DNA of 64,000 bases. Origin: Candidatus Latescibacterota bacterium (GTDB lineage Bacteria; Latescibacterota; UBA2968; GCA-2709665). The notes below the pieces were generated by a model, which worked only from the letters and a program-made list of their open reading frames with translations, had not been told where the DNA came from and ran no database searches. Position numbers and translations under genes: made by a program. Where the stretch lies: positions 1,088,001 to 1,152,000 of the forward strand of contig OZ220733.1 in the NCBI GenBank assembly GCA_965116875.1, read 5' to 3'. Of this stretch, positions 19,905-30,392 are shown piece by piece (positions within the stretch are counted from its first letter, which is position 1; the number at the start of each line of letters is the position of its first letter).

Positions 19905-20282
19905 TGCGGTCTCCGGGTTTACGTCACTCACCTGACAAACAGTGGTCCGTCTGCCAGTACAGGGCAAGTGTTCCGATATCGTGTTCTGTCCAGTGAAGGT
20001 ACGGCGAATGTCCGATTCATACAAGAACACAATGAAAAGGCTGACGTGCGGGGAGGGTCGGCGGGTTAGATGGGTCTTGACACTGACGGGGTAAAAATCA
20101 ATATTGGCGGAATTCGGGTACGGGCAGGGACGCACGTCCGGCGCACCTGTTTGTGTTGCGCGATCCCCGTTGGCATTCTGTTCGTCTGTCGTTCACGATT
20201 CCCCGCCCTGACGCCGCCTGGCGGGTACCGGAACCAGCGCAGCAGGGGTTTGTATTGACGGTTTTTTTTTGAGGAGGTTGAC

Positions 20283-22082
20283 ATGTCACAGGTGAGGGAA
20301 GTTGGCATTCCGGTTCGCGCGGTGAATCGGGCCGCGTTGTACGCGGGACGAAACGGGGCCGGCGAGCCGTGTCTCTATGCGACGATGTCGCAGCAGGCCG
20401 CGAATCTATTCGTATTGCAAATCGATCCGGAGACGGGCAGCTTGCGTCAATTCTGGGCGGACGTTCCCGATTCAAACTATACCACCGCGGTGTATCAGGC
20501 ACGGAACGGACGCCTCTATATCGGTGCGGCGCACTCGGGACAACTCTACTGTTTCGATCCCGAGCAGGACGACCTGGTGAATTTCGGCACCATAAACGGC
20601 AAGGCCGCGATTTTTCCATGCAGCATCGACGAGGATTCCCGGGGACTGATCTGGATTTCCAGCTACGGCACCGCGGACCTGACGAGCTTCAATCCGGAAA
20701 CCGGTGAGTTTACCCGGTACGGACGGTTGGATGAAGTGGATATGTACGCCTACTGTCACGTGAATACCGACGATACGATCGCGTCGATGATCATGCAGAC
20801 CCGCCCGCACGTGGTCGTCCTGGATCCGAAGACCGGCGAAAAAAGGACGGTGGGACCCGTCGTGACGCGGGGCGACGGGACGCTCACGCTCCACCGTGGA
20901 GCGGACGGCAAGCTCTATATCGAATCGAGCGAGGGCAATTACCGCGTGGAGGGCATGGACGCCGTTCCCGTAGAAGAAACCGTTCCGGCAAAAGCAGCCC
21001 CATCCGCCCTGCCGGACGGCAGCACCTTCCGGTTCGTGGACGCGGTGGAGCAAACGTGCCGGATTCTGGAGGTAACCGGCCCGGACGGCGCGGCACAGAC
21101 CTTCAACATCGAATTCGAAGCCGCCGGAACGGATATCTTCTGCCTGCACGGCGGTCCCGACGGGTGTGTCTACGGGTCCAGCGTCTTGCCGGAGCGACTG
21201 TTCCGCTACGATCCCCAAAACGATGACCTGGCGGACCTGGGCATCTGTTCGACGGCCACCGGCGAGGCGTATTCGATGGCGAACCTGGACGGGAAAGTCT
21301 ACATCTCGTCATACCCGGGCGCCAGGATTTCCATTTACGATCCTTCTCAGCCGTACAACTTCGGCGAAAGCCGGGGCAGCAATCCATGGGACATCGGGCG
21401 GGTGGACAACATCTCCTACCGGCCGCGTTCCACGCTGGGAGGTCCCGGCGGAAAGGTCTGGCTGGCATCCGTCCCGGACTACGGACGGTGGGGCGGGCCG
21501 CTCTCGTATTACGACCCGCGAACGGAAGAAAAGAAGGCGTTCTATCGCATCGTGGGAGACGGGAGCTGCTATACGCTGGCGCATCTGGAAGCGGAATCGC
21601 TGATCGCCGTCGGCACCATCATCAGCGGGGGCAGCGGGACCCAGCCCAGGGTGGATGAGGCCGTGCTCTTCCTCTTCGATTACGAAAGGGAAGAGAAAGT
21701 GTGGGAAGGCGCGCCCGACCCGCCGGTAACCGTCTTCAATGCGCTGGCAGCCGTACCGGATGGAAGGCTTTTCGGTACGTTCAGCGGCGCCGAACGGGGA
21801 TCCGAGCTTTTCGTGTTCAACCCCGGAACGCGGGCGTTTACGGAACGGATCGCCGCGCCGGAGGGCGGCCCGGTGGACAACGGGCTGCATCTGGGGCCGG
21901 ACGGGATGCTCTATGGCGTCACCCACGCACTCGTCTATCGGCTGGATCCCGGTACCCTGACGATTGACGTGATCGTGGAATTCGATGAGAAGCTGACCGG
22001 CCACGCGGCGGCCGGGCCGATCCTGGGGAAAGACCTGTATATCTCTTCGGGACACCGGCTCCTGGCGGCGGAGATACTGTAG
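20283..22082 (+). CDS. Beta-propeller repeat protein
   Basis: SD GAGGAGG; recurring GPDGxxYG / FxYDP repeats; no signal peptide. Confidence 0.75.
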   Translation: MSQVREVGIPVRAVNRAALYAGRNGAGEPCLYATMSQQAANLFVLQIDPETGSLRQFWADVPDSNYTTAVYQARNGRLYIGAAHSGQLYCFDPEQDDLVNFGTINGKAAIFPCSIDEDSRGLIWISSYGTADLTSFNPETGEFTRYGRLDEVDMYAYCHVNTDDTIASMIMQTRPHVVVLDPKTGEKRTVGPVVTRGDGTLTLHRGADGKLYIESSEGNYRVEGMDAVPVEETVPAKAAPSALPDGSTFRFVDAVEQTCRILEVTGPDGAAQTFNIEFEAAGTDIFCLHGGPDGCVYGSSVLPERLFRYDPQNDDLADLGICSTATGEAYSMANLDGKVYISSYPGARISIYDPSQPYNFGESRGSNPWDIGRVDNISYRPRSTLGGPGGKVWLASVPDYGRWGGPLSYYDPRTEEKKAFYRIVGDGSCYTLAHLEAESLIAVGTIISGGSGTQPRVDEAVLFLFDYEREEKVWEGAPDPPVTVFNALAAVPDGRLFGTFSGAERGSELFVFNPGTRAFTERIAAPEGGPVDNGLHLGPDGMLYGVTHALVYRLDPGTLTIDVIVEFDEKLTGHAAAGPILGKDLYISSGHRLLAAEIL

Positions 22083-22161
22083 CGAAGCCGGTGAACACGC
22101 CGCCCTGGACCACCGCGGGCCGAACGTGTCTTCGGGTATTTTACAGCCCAAGGAGGACGTG

Positions 22162-22575
22162 GTGTCGGAGAAAGTCGAAAAGTCCGATGAGGAGTGGCGG
22201 GAAATGCTCTCGCCGGAACAATATCACGTAACGAGACGAGGCGGAACGGAGCGGGCGTTTACGGGCGCGTACCACGACTTCAAGGGGCAAGGGATCTATC
22301 TTTGCGTGTGCTGCGGAAACGAGCTGTTCCGGTCGGATACCAAGTACGATTCCTGCACGGGCTGGCCGAGTTTCTGGGCGCCGTCGGATGATGCGAACGT
22401 GGAAACGGAAGCGGATATGTCCTACGGGATGGCGCGAACGGAAGTGAAATGCAGCCGGTGCGACGCCCATCTCGGTCACGTATTCGAGGATGGACCCCGT
22501 CCCACCGGACTGCGGTACTGCATGAACTCCGCGGCGCTCGATTTCGTGGACAAAGATGCAAAGGAAGACGATTGA
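22162..22575 (+). CDS. msrB: Peptide-methionine (R)-S-oxide reductase
   Basis: [32 protein letters not shown]; two CxxC pairs; SD AGGAGG. Confidence 0.96.
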   Translation: MSEKVEKSDEEWREMLSPEQYHVTRRGGTERAFTGAYHDFKGQGIYLCVCCGNELFRSDTKYDSCTGWPSFWAPSDDANVETEADMSYGMARTEVKCSRCDAHLGHVFEDGPRPTGLRYCMNSAALDFVDKDAKEDD

Positions 22576-22614
22576 TCGGCAGTCCGTGCGAAACCCCCAT
22601 AGGAGGAGGCATCA

Positions 22615-23076
22615 ATGAGCCTGAATTTCGCCACCCGGGAAATCGATTCGCAGCCGATCGTGGGCATCCGCGCCACAACCACGATGGAAGCAATCAAACA
22701 GGTGATCGGCGCGCTATTCGGCGAGGTTATGGAATATCTCAACGGGAACGGACTTGCGCCGGCGGGGATGCCGTTCACCATCTACCACGAGATGGACGCC
22801 GAACGGCTGGAAATGGAATGCGGGATGCCGGTGGCTTCGCCCGTTGAGGGTACCGAACGCGTTCGACCGGGTGAACTGCCCGCCGGGAAGGTCGCGACCG
22901 TAACCCACATGGGCCCCTACGAGCAGTTGGGACAGACGTGGTCGGCATTGATGAAATGGATGGAAGAAGAGGGCCTGCAGGCGGCGGGCGCGCCCTGGGA
23001 GGTGTACGTGACGGATCCCGGCGAGGAGCCCGACCAGTCGAAGTGGCGCACCGACATCTTCTTTCCCATCCGCTGA
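22615..23076 (+). CDS. GyrI-like small-molecule-binding protein
   Basis: LPAGKVATVTHMGPYEQL, PWEVYVTDP...WRTDIFFPI; SD AGGAGGAGG. Confidence 0.88.
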   Translation: MSLNFATREIDSQPIVGIRATTTMEAIKQVIGALFGEVMEYLNGNGLAPAGMPFTIYHEMDAERLEMECGMPVASPVEGTERVRPGELPAGKVATVTHMGPYEQLGQTWSALMKWMEEEGLQAAGAPWEVYVTDPGEEPDQSKWRTDIFFPIR

Positions 23077-23111
23077 CCTGCGTCGAGGATTCATGCTTCA
23101 AGGAGTCGAGA

Positions 23112-23924
23112 ATGAAATACCGCTTTGCCGAGATGATCTGGTATGAAATCAAGGAGGCCGCGGAACAGGACCGTGTGGCGGTCCTTCCGGTCGCGACGTA
23201 CGAGGACCACGGCCCCCATCTTCCCGTGGATACCGACGTCGTCCTCTGCACGGAGATCTGTGAAAGGGCCGTGTCGCGGATCCCGTCCGAGGCCGTCCTG
23301 GCTCCGCCGGTCCCCCACGGGTACAGCCCCCACCACATGGATTTTCATGGAACGCTGACGATCACGTGGGATACCTTCATCCGATACGTCAAGGATGTCT
23401 GCTGCAGCCTCGCCCAACACGGCTTCAAGCGGATTCTGGTCGTGAACGGCCACGGAAGCAATACGCCCCCGCTGGACCTGGCAACCCGTTTGACGGTCAT
23501 CGAAACCGAGGGCAGGGTTCTTTGCGGCTCGGTGAATCACTGGGGGCTCCGGAAGGTGAAAGAGGTGGGACGCGAGCTGAGGGAGTCCGACTACGGAGGG
23601 ACCTCCCACGGCGGGGAGTTCGAGACGTCGCTGTACCTGGCGTTGAAGCCGGACCTGGTGGACATGAGCAAGGCGGTCGACGAGCGTTCGCCCCTTTCGA
23701 ACAGCTTCCAGTCCGACCTGCTGGCGGGCGGCCATCCGGACGGGTCCAGCGCGAATTTCACGCCGTACTGGAGCACGAAGACGGCCAGCGGCGTGATGGG
23801 TGACGCGACAAAGGCCAGCCGGGAGAAGGGGGAGAAATTCCTCGAGGCGGGCATCGAGGGGCTGATCGAGATGGTCCGGGAACTCAGGGCAACGGAAATC
23901 ATGGACCGCCGCGACCAGCATTGA
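23112..23924 (+). CDS. Creatininase-family amidohydrolase
   Basis: EDHGPHLPVDTD, GYSPHHMDF, NGHGSN, HGGEFETS; start moved to ATG 23112 after SD AGGAG. Confidence 0.92.
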   Translation: MKYRFAEMIWYEIKEAAEQDRVAVLPVATYEDHGPHLPVDTDVVLCTEICERAVSRIPSEAVLAPPVPHGYSPHHMDFHGTLTITWDTFIRYVKDVCCSLAQHGFKRILVVNGHGSNTPPLDLATRLTVIETEGRVLCGSVNHWGLRKVKEVGRELRESDYGGTSHGGEFETSLYLALKPDLVDMSKAVDERSPLSNSFQSDLLAGGHPDGSSANFTPYWSTKTASGVMGDATKASREKGEKFLEAGIEGLIEMVRELRATEIMDRRDQH

Positions 23925-23943
23925 CGGCCAAAGGGTCGAATCC

Positions 23944-24945
23944 GTGAAAGTGAACGTATTCACCAGCGGTAAAGATGGATACCACACGTACCGGATTCCC
24001 GCCGTGCTTACCGCGGCGAACGGAACGCTGCTGGCCTTTTGCGAGGGCCGGCGGAACGACCGAAGCGACCACGGAGATATCGACCTCCTGGTGAAGCGTT
24101 CGGAAGACGGCGGTCAGTCCTGGTCCGCGCAACAGGTGGTCTACAGCGAAACAGGCGAGGTCACGATCGGCAATCCCTGTCCCGTGGTGGATGCGGCGAC
24201 GGGCACGGTCTGGATGTTGTTCTGCCGAGATAACGTCGATGTATTCGTCACGCACAGTTTCGATAACGGCCTGACCTGGTCCGATCCTGTCGACATCACG
24301 GAGGACGTAAAGAAGAAGGCATGGACGTGGTACGCGACGGGCCCGGGCGTGGGCATCCAGCTCCGGAACGGCGCGCGGAAGGGGCGGCTCCTGATCCCCT
24401 GCGACCACCGGAACCCGGAAGCGTACGACTGCGGTTCCCATTCCGTCTACAGCGATGACGGAGGGGCGTCCTGGCGGTTGGGCGGTTCGGTCCGGCCGGG
24501 GGCCAACGAATGCCAGTTCGGCGAACTCGCGGACGGGACCGTGGTCATGAACACCCGGATGCAGACGCACAGCGAAGGGGTTCGCGGAGTCGCGTACAGC
24601 CGGGACGGAGGCGAGTCCTGGTTGGGATTCCGGCACGACCGCAACCTGCCCTGCCCCAAATGCCAGGCCAGCCTCGTCCGGGGAGTCGGGGAAAACGACC
24701 TTTTGTTTTCGAATCCCGCGGCGCCCGCTCCGCCACGGGCAACCGGTGGAGAGCGGGTGAACATGACCGTCCGTGCGAGCGGCGACGGAGGAAGGACCTG
24801 GCCCCTGACGAAAACGCTGCAAGAAGGCCCCGCGGCCTATTCCTGTCTCGTGACGCTTCCGGAGAACGAGGTCGGCTGCCTGTACGAAGCGGGCTCCGAG
24901 TCCCCCTACGAACACATCGTCTTCGAGCGTTTCAAATTGAATTGA
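23944..24945 (+). CDS. Sialidase (GH33-like, BNR/Asp-box)
   Basis: YRIP motif; Asp-boxes SEDGGQSW, SFDNGLTW, SDDGGASW, SRDGGESW, SGDGGRTW; AYS near the C-terminus. Confidence 0.92.
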   Translation: MKVNVFTSGKDGYHTYRIPAVLTAANGTLLAFCEGRRNDRSDHGDIDLLVKRSEDGGQSWSAQQVVYSETGEVTIGNPCPVVDAATGTVWMLFCRDNVDVFVTHSFDNGLTWSDPVDITEDVKKKAWTWYATGPGVGIQLRNGARKGRLLIPCDHRNPEAYDCGSHSVYSDDGGASWRLGGSVRPGANECQFGELADGTVVMNTRMQTHSEGVRGVAYSRDGGESWLGFRHDRNLPCPKCQASLVRGVGENDLLFSNPAAPAPPRATGGERVNMTVRASGDGGRTWPLTKTLQEGPAAYSCLVTLPENEVGCLYEAGSESPYEHIVFERFKLN

Positions 24946-24954
24946 GAAACCGCA

Positions 24955-26280
24955 ATGGATGAGACAACGGCTGGTGGCGGTCCTTCGGTGGAGGATCGAT
25001 ACCGCGCGTTCAGCCCCCGTTCCCGGGCGGCTTTCGATCAGGCCAATGCGGTGATGCCCGGCGGGGTGAAAGGCGCGTACTTCTACCCACCCTATCCGCT
25101 GACCATAGAACGTGGAGACGGGTGTACCCTTCACGACGTGGACGGACGGAAACTGGTGGACTTCAACAACCACCACACGGTGCAGATCCTGGGCCACAAC
25201 CATCCGGCGGTCGTTGCGGCCGTGCGGAAGCAGGTTTCCAGGGGGATCGCGTTGAGCGCGCCCGCAGGCGTGGAGACGGGACTGGCCGAAGCAATGTGCG
25301 GCCGGGTGAAAACCGTTGAGAAGATCCGGTTCTGCAATTCCGGCACGGAAGCGACCCTGCACGCCATCCGCCTGGCGCGGGGCGTCACGGGAAAGACGAA
25401 GATCGCCAAGTTCGAGGGCGGATACCACGGCAGCCACGACGTGGTGGAGGTGAGCGTGGCGCCCCCGCTGGCCAGGGCGGGGCCCGAATCGGCCCCGCAT
25501 TCGGTTTCGACCGCGGGCGGCGCTTCGCCGAATGCCGCCGGCGAAGTGGTGGTCCTGCCGTATGACGACGAAGACGCCGTGGAGAGATTGCTCGCGCGGC
25601 ACCGACGCGAACTGGCCTGCGTGATATTCGACCCCAGGGCGGGCATATTGTCCCAGCGCGCGGCGTTCGCGCAGTTCGTATGCGACATGGCCCGGCGACA
25701 CGATGTGATTGTGATCTTCGACGAGATCGTCGGATTCCGGGTCGGCGCCGGGGGTCTGCAGGCGCACTATGGCATCGAGCCGGATCTGACGACGTTCGGA
25801 AAGGTCGTTGGCGGCGGATTTCCGGTGGGCGCCTTTGGAGGCCGGGCGGACCTGATGGATCGCTTCGACTCCTCCCGGGGGCCGACAGGTTTCTTTCAAA
25901 GCGGCACGTTCAGCGGACATCCCGTGGCCATGGCCGCCGGCCTGGCGACCCTGAAGCAGTTGACGCCGGATGTGTTCGCGCACCTGAACCGGCTGGGTGC
26001 ACGACTCAGGGACCGCTTGAACCGGTTGTTTGCAGAGCGTGAAGTCGTTGCGACGGCCGTTGGCGTGGGATCGCTGTTCAGCATCCATTTTTCGAGCGAG
26101 AAGATGTTGAATTACCGCCATCTGGCGCGAACCGACAAGGCGGCGGCGCACCGGCTGCTGCTCGGCCTGATCGAACAGGGATATTTCCTGGGCAACGGCC
26201 TGTTGATGTGTGCGGTTTCCGCGCCGATGGACGAATGTCACGTGGACGGGTTGATCGAGGCCGTGGACCAGGCGATGTAA
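24955..26280 (+). CDS. Class-III PLP aminotransferase (GSA-aminomutase-like)
   Basis: RFCNSGTEAT, FEGGYHG, FDEIVGFR, DLTTFGKVVGGGFPVGA, SGTFSGHP. Confidence 0.9.
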   Translation: MDETTAGGGPSVEDRYRAFSPRSRAAFDQANAVMPGGVKGAYFYPPYPLTIERGDGCTLHDVDGRKLVDFNNHHTVQILGHNHPAVVAAVRKQVSRGIALSAPAGVETGLAEAMCGRVKTVEKIRFCNSGTEATLHAIRLARGVTGKTKIAKFEGGYHGSHDVVEVSVAPPLARAGPESAPHSVSTAGGASPNAAGEVVVLPYDDEDAVERLLARHRRELACVIFDPRAGILSQRAAFAQFVCDMARRHDVIVIFDEIVGFRVGAGGLQAHYGIEPDLTTFGKVVGGGFPVGAFGGRADLMDRFDSSRGPTGFFQSGTFSGHPVAMAAGLATLKQLTPDVFAHLNRLGARLRDRLNRLFAEREVVATAVGVGSLFSIHFSSEKMLNYRHLARTDKAAAHRLLLGLIEQGYFLGNGLLMCAVSAPMDECHVDGLIEAVDQAM

Positions 26281-26367
26281 AGTTGCAGAATTGAAGAGAT
26301 CGCACTGACCCGTTTCACGAAACAATCACTCCCCCCTTGAGAAGCGTAGATTCCGGAGGAAAGCCAG

Positions 26368-27135
26368 ATGCGATACATCGACACGCACGCCCACCTGGGG
26401 CCGTGGTTTGACGAGATAACGACGTTTTCTGCCGAGGGTTTCGTCGCCATGCAGGAGCGCGCGGGCATCGAGCGCACCGTGGTCACGTCCGGGTCCGCCC
26501 TGTTTACGGAATTGATTTATGGCAATGAATGGACCATTCGGCACGCCGAGAAACTGGAACATCTGCTCGTCTGGCTGGTGCTGAATCCATTGAAAATGGG
26601 AGAGTCGCTGGAGTTGCTGGATCGTTTCAAGGACCATCCAAAGGTCGCGGGCTTCAAGATCCACCCGGTCCAGCACAAGTATCCGGCCGACATCAAGCCC
26701 ACCTTCCGGCTCTTTGAAGAGCTGGAGCCGCTCGGGCTTCCGGTGCTCTCCCATGGAGAGAACGAATCCTACGCGGCGCCCGCCCGGTTGCTGCGGCTGG
26801 CCGAAGCCTTTCCTTCCATAACGGTAATCACGGCGCATTTCGGCGCGGGACAGCCAGGCCAGACGTACGAGGCAATCGATGCGCTCCAGGACTGCAAAAC
26901 GGGCAACCTGTACACGGATATGGGTACGGCAAGGGCGATTCGCACGGGCATGATCGGGCTGGTGGTGCGTGAAGTGGGGGCGGACCGGGTGTTGTTCGGA
27001 ACGGATTCGCCTCTGTACGAGCCGATGGCGTTTCCCGCGCTCCTGGCGGCCGCGGATATTACGGACGACGAACGCGAACAGATCGCCTGGAGGAACGCGG
27101 AGCGGCTCGTGCTGGCGCCTAAGAAGTTGTTTTAA
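26368..27135 (+). CDS. Amidohydrolase family protein
   Basis: IDTHAHLG, GFKIHP, TAHFG, RVLFGTDSP, IAWRNAERL. Confidence 0.9.
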   Translation: MRYIDTHAHLGPWFDEITTFSAEGFVAMQERAGIERTVVTSGSALFTELIYGNEWTIRHAEKLEHLLVWLVLNPLKMGESLELLDRFKDHPKVAGFKIHPVQHKYPADIKPTFRLFEELEPLGLPVLSHGENESYAAPARLLRLAEAFPSITVITAHFGAGQPGQTYEAIDALQDCKTGNLYTDMGTARAIRTGMIGLVVREVGADRVLFGTDSPLYEPMAFPALLAAADITDDEREQIAWRNAERLVLAPKKLF

Positions 27136-27169
27136 AATGACCGGTGAGTTCCCGAGTACGAGCGAAAAA
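27123..27169. mobile_element. Truncated left end of the 162-bp MITE
   Basis: 47 bp with 4 mismatches to 18870-18916; supplies the last codons and TAA of the amidohydrolase. Confidence 0.75.
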
Positions 27170-27194
27170 TCAGTGCGCCCGGAGGAATGAATAG

Positions 27195-28547
27195 ATGAAA
27201 CTGGACGGTCGCCGGCGGCGGCTGCTTGAACGGACGTTTCTGGATTATCAGCAGACGTCGGCCTTCATGGAGCATCCGTTCATTGTCAAGAAGGCGCACG
27301 GTCTCCACTATTGGGATACGGAAGGCAGGCGTTACTTCGACGGGATCGGCGGCATCTTCGTGGCCTCGCTCGGACACGGGCATCCCCGGGTTCTGGAGGC
27401 GATGCGAAGACAGGCGGAGACGCTGGGATTCTCGCCGCCGATGCACGGGCTTTCCGACGTGGCGCTGGATTTCGTTGAGAAGCTGAGCGAAGTAACGCCG
27501 GGAAATCTGAATTTCATCAAGTCCTACAGCGGCGGGTCCGAAGCGGTCGAATCCGCTCTGAAATTCACCCGGCAATATTTCAGGCAAAGCGGCCACCCGG
27601 GCAAATACAAGTTCGTCAGCCGCTACTTCGGGTATCACGGCGCCACGTTCGGCGCGATGGCGGCCAGCGGGACGGGAAAACGCAAAACGCCGTTCGAACC
27701 GCAGGCGGGCGGATTCCTGAAGGTCTTCCCGCCCACTTATTACAGAGACCGTTTTGCCTCCTGGGAGGAATGCAACCGCTTCAGTGCGCAGATGTTCGAG
27801 GACGTCATCGTAAACGAAGACCCGGATACGGTGGCGGGCGTCATCCTGGAACCGATCGGCAATACAGGTGGAATCATCACGCCCACCGAGGAGTATTTCC
27901 GGATGATTCGCGACGTCTGCGACCGGCACAACGTGGTGTTGATCTACGATGAGATCATCACGGGATTCGGCAAGACCGGCTCGATGTTCGCCGCCCAGAC
28001 GTTCGGGGTGACTCCCGACATGATCTGCGCCGGCAAGGGCATCTCGAGCGGGGCGTATCCGGTGGGCGCGATGATGGCGCGAGAGGACATGGGAGACGTC
28101 TTTCTCGGCCCGGTGGACGCCGATGTCAACTTTGCCCACGGTCATACGTTCGCGGCCAATCCCGTCGCCTGCGCCGTGGGCATGGCCGTGATCGACGAAA
28201 TCGTGGAACAGGAGCTGGATCGCAAGGCCGGTGAACTCGGCCGCTACCTGGCGTCGAAGCTGGAAGGATTGAAGGACCTGGGGGTGGTGCGCGAGGTGCG
28301 GGGCCGCGGGCTGCTGCAGGGCGTGGAACTGGTGAGGGATACAAAGACCATGGCCCCGTTTCCCGAACTGGGCCGGGCGCTGAAGCGGACGTCGCTGGAG
28401 AACGGGCTGCTGATCCGGATCGACCCCACCTGGTTCGCCGTGGGACCGGCCCTGATCGTGCAGCGAGAGGACATCGACGAACTGTACGATCTCATAAGAA
28501 AAAGTCTGATCGACGCGCTGGAACTGGTCGATTCGGAGTTTGGATAG
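27195..28547 (+). CDS. Class-III PLP aminotransferase (omega-amine/BioA-like)
   Basis: GGSEAVESALK, GYHGAT, YDEIITGFGKTG, PDMICAGKGISSG, HGHTFAANP. Confidence 0.92.
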   Translation: MKLDGRRRRLLERTFLDYQQTSAFMEHPFIVKKAHGLHYWDTEGRRYFDGIGGIFVASLGHGHPRVLEAMRRQAETLGFSPPMHGLSDVALDFVEKLSEVTPGNLNFIKSYSGGSEAVESALKFTRQYFRQSGHPGKYKFVSRYFGYHGATFGAMAASGTGKRKTPFEPQAGGFLKVFPPTYYRDRFASWEECNRFSAQMFEDVIVNEDPDTVAGVILEPIGNTGGIITPTEEYFRMIRDVCDRHNVVLIYDEIITGFGKTGSMFAAQTFGVTPDMICAGKGISSGAYPVGAMMAREDMGDVFLGPVDADVNFAHGHTFAANPVACAVGMAVIDEIVEQELDRKAGELGRYLASKLEGLKDLGVVREVRGRGLLQGVELVRDTKTMAPFPELGRALKRTSLENGLLIRIDPTWFAVGPALIVQREDIDELYDLIRKSLIDALELVDSEFG

Positions 28548-28569
28548 AACCCCTCAAATGGAGGCGGAA

Positions 28570-29235
28570 ATGACGGCAATGAGAATGGCACTCCTGTTGT
28601 GTTTCCTGCTGCTGGCAACACCGCAGGTTATGAGTGCCGGCGAAATGGAAAGGCGGTCCCGGATTGAGCTCAGGATGGGACTTCGGAATCACGGTGGAAC
28701 CACCGGCGCGGCGACGACTGTCGGTCCATTGGGTGTTGAAACGACCGCCGGGGCGGACAATGTATTTTTCTCGCTGGGCTACTCGCGCTGGATGCGGGAG
28801 AACGTCGCGGGTCACGCCACGATTGGCGTCCTGTCGGTCGAGGCGAGTTCACGTGCCGGGCCTCTGGGCGTCTCCCAGAACGCGGCGGTCATCTGTCCCA
28901 TGATTGTCGGCATGAGATATTATCCGGGCAAGCTGTCGATAGATACCGCGTTCAGGCCCTTTCTGACCGCAGGTATCGGGCTCATCACCGGGATACAGTC
29001 CAGAAGCGACGTCGGATTGCATGTGGTCCAGGAATCCGGCGCCATGACGACGTTCGGGAGCAAGACTGGAGTGGGGTTTGACCTGGGGATGGGTCGATCT
29101 TTCGTGGCGATTGCCGACCTCGGATACAACATGATGACGGACTTTTCGGACGAGATCGGCGGCCGCCGCAACTACAGCGGGCTCGAATTCGGCCTCGGGA
29201 TCGGCTGGCAATTCGGCGGAAGCGCCGCGCAATAG
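28570..29235 (+). CDS. Small outer-membrane beta-barrel protein (OmpA/OmpW-like)
   Basis: Signal peptide; alternating strands such as RPFLTAGIG, ADLGYN, FGLGIGWQF. Confidence 0.7.
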   Translation: MTAMRMALLLCFLLLATPQVMSAGEMERRSRIELRMGLRNHGGTTGAATTVGPLGVETTAGADNVFFSLGYSRWMRENVAGHATIGVLSVEASSRAGPLGVSQNAAVICPMIVGMRYYPGKLSIDTAFRPFLTAGIGLITGIQSRSDVGLHVVQESGAMTTFGSKTGVGFDLGMGRSFVAIADLGYNMMTDFSDEIGGRRNYSGLEFGLGIGWQFGGSAAQ

Positions 29236-29263
29236 GCGCGGCCCTCTTATGCAGGAGGTTGTG

Positions 29264-30364
29264 ATGGCGAAATACCGCGCGGCGATCATCGGCACCGGCA
29301 GGGTGGGGTATCAGTTCAGCTTCGGGGACCTGCCGGACAACCACGCCGACGCTCTGGGTGAACACACGGACTGTAAACTTGCGGCGGGTGTGAACCGGGG
29401 GCGGGAAAAACTGGAAATCTTCGGGCAGCGATATGGGATCGACGCGCTGTACCACGACTACCGGAAGATGCTGGACGAAGTCAGGCCGGACGTCTGCATT
29501 GTGGCCACCCATCCGGAACTGCACTGCGAAATGGTGGAAACATGCGCGGCCGCACCGGCGACGAAGGCGATCATCTGCGAAAAGCCGATGGCGCTGTCTC
29601 TGGAGGAATGCGACCGGATGATCGCCGCCTGCGACAGCGCGGGCATCCTGCTGCAGGTGAATCACAACCGCCGGTGGTCACCGGAGTGGAACCTGGGACT
29701 GCGGCTGCTGAGGGACGGCGCGATCGGAGAGCTGAACCACGTCTACTGCTATATGGACGGCGGCAAGCCCGACCCGTCGTGGCGAAGCGAGAACGAGGGT
29801 CCGTTCCTGCACGACTTCACCCACTACTTCGACCTGATGGACATGTACGCCGGGGAAGTGGCCTGGATGTGCGGGATGGCGGAGCAGCGTATGCGTCCAT
29901 GGGCCGTGGAGGACTTCGGCGCGGCGATGGTGAAATTCAGGAGCGGTGCGACGGGTCTGGTCCACGGCGCCGAGTTGACATCCTATACGGACAATGCATT
30001 CGAGCTGCGCGGGACGGAGGGCGTGATCCGGTTTCTGGGAGAACAGGTCCATCTCTTCCGTGCGGTCGAAGACGACTACGAACCGGACAGCGGGTTTCAA
30101 TGGCATGCCCTGCAGCACCAGCCCGTCGATCACCCGTCGCCCGCGTCCACGTACGTCGTCGCGCTGAACGAACTGGTGGATGCGCTGGAGGGCCGAGGGG
30201 AATTGCGGAGCGACGGACGGGTGGGCCTCCGGTCTCTGGAAATGGTGATGGCGATCTACCAGTCTCAACTCACGGGCAACCGTCCCGTCGACTTCCCGCT
30301 CGAAGCGCGCGGTTCCGGCGTGGCGGCGCTGCGTAACGCGGGACAGTTTGTCGATCGTCAATAA
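29264..30364 (+). CDS. Gfo/Idh/MocA oxidoreductase
   Basis: AAIIGTGRVG, ICEKPMA, VNHNRRW, HDFTHYFD. Confidence 0.92.
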   Translation: MAKYRAAIIGTGRVGYQFSFGDLPDNHADALGEHTDCKLAAGVNRGREKLEIFGQRYGIDALYHDYRKMLDEVRPDVCIVATHPELHCEMVETCAAAPATKAIICEKPMALSLEECDRMIAACDSAGILLQVNHNRRWSPEWNLGLRLLRDGAIGELNHVYCYMDGGKPDPSWRSENEGPFLHDFTHYFDLMDMYAGEVAWMCGMAEQRMRPWAVEDFGAAMVKFRSGATGLVHGAELTSYTDNAFELRGTEGVIRFLGEQVHLFRAVEDDYEPDSGFQWHALQHQPVDHPSPASTYVVALNELVDALEGRGELRSDGRVGLRSLEMVMAIYQSQLTGNRPVDFPLEARGSGVAALRNAGQFVDRQ

Positions 30365-30392
30365 ACACCAAACGGAAAAAACGAGGATCGCG

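Noticed and set aside
20077-20270. Possible promoter (TTGACA-17-AATATT) and leader riboswitch before the propeller gene
   Set aside because: The -10 element is weak and I could not match the leader to any riboswitch consensus
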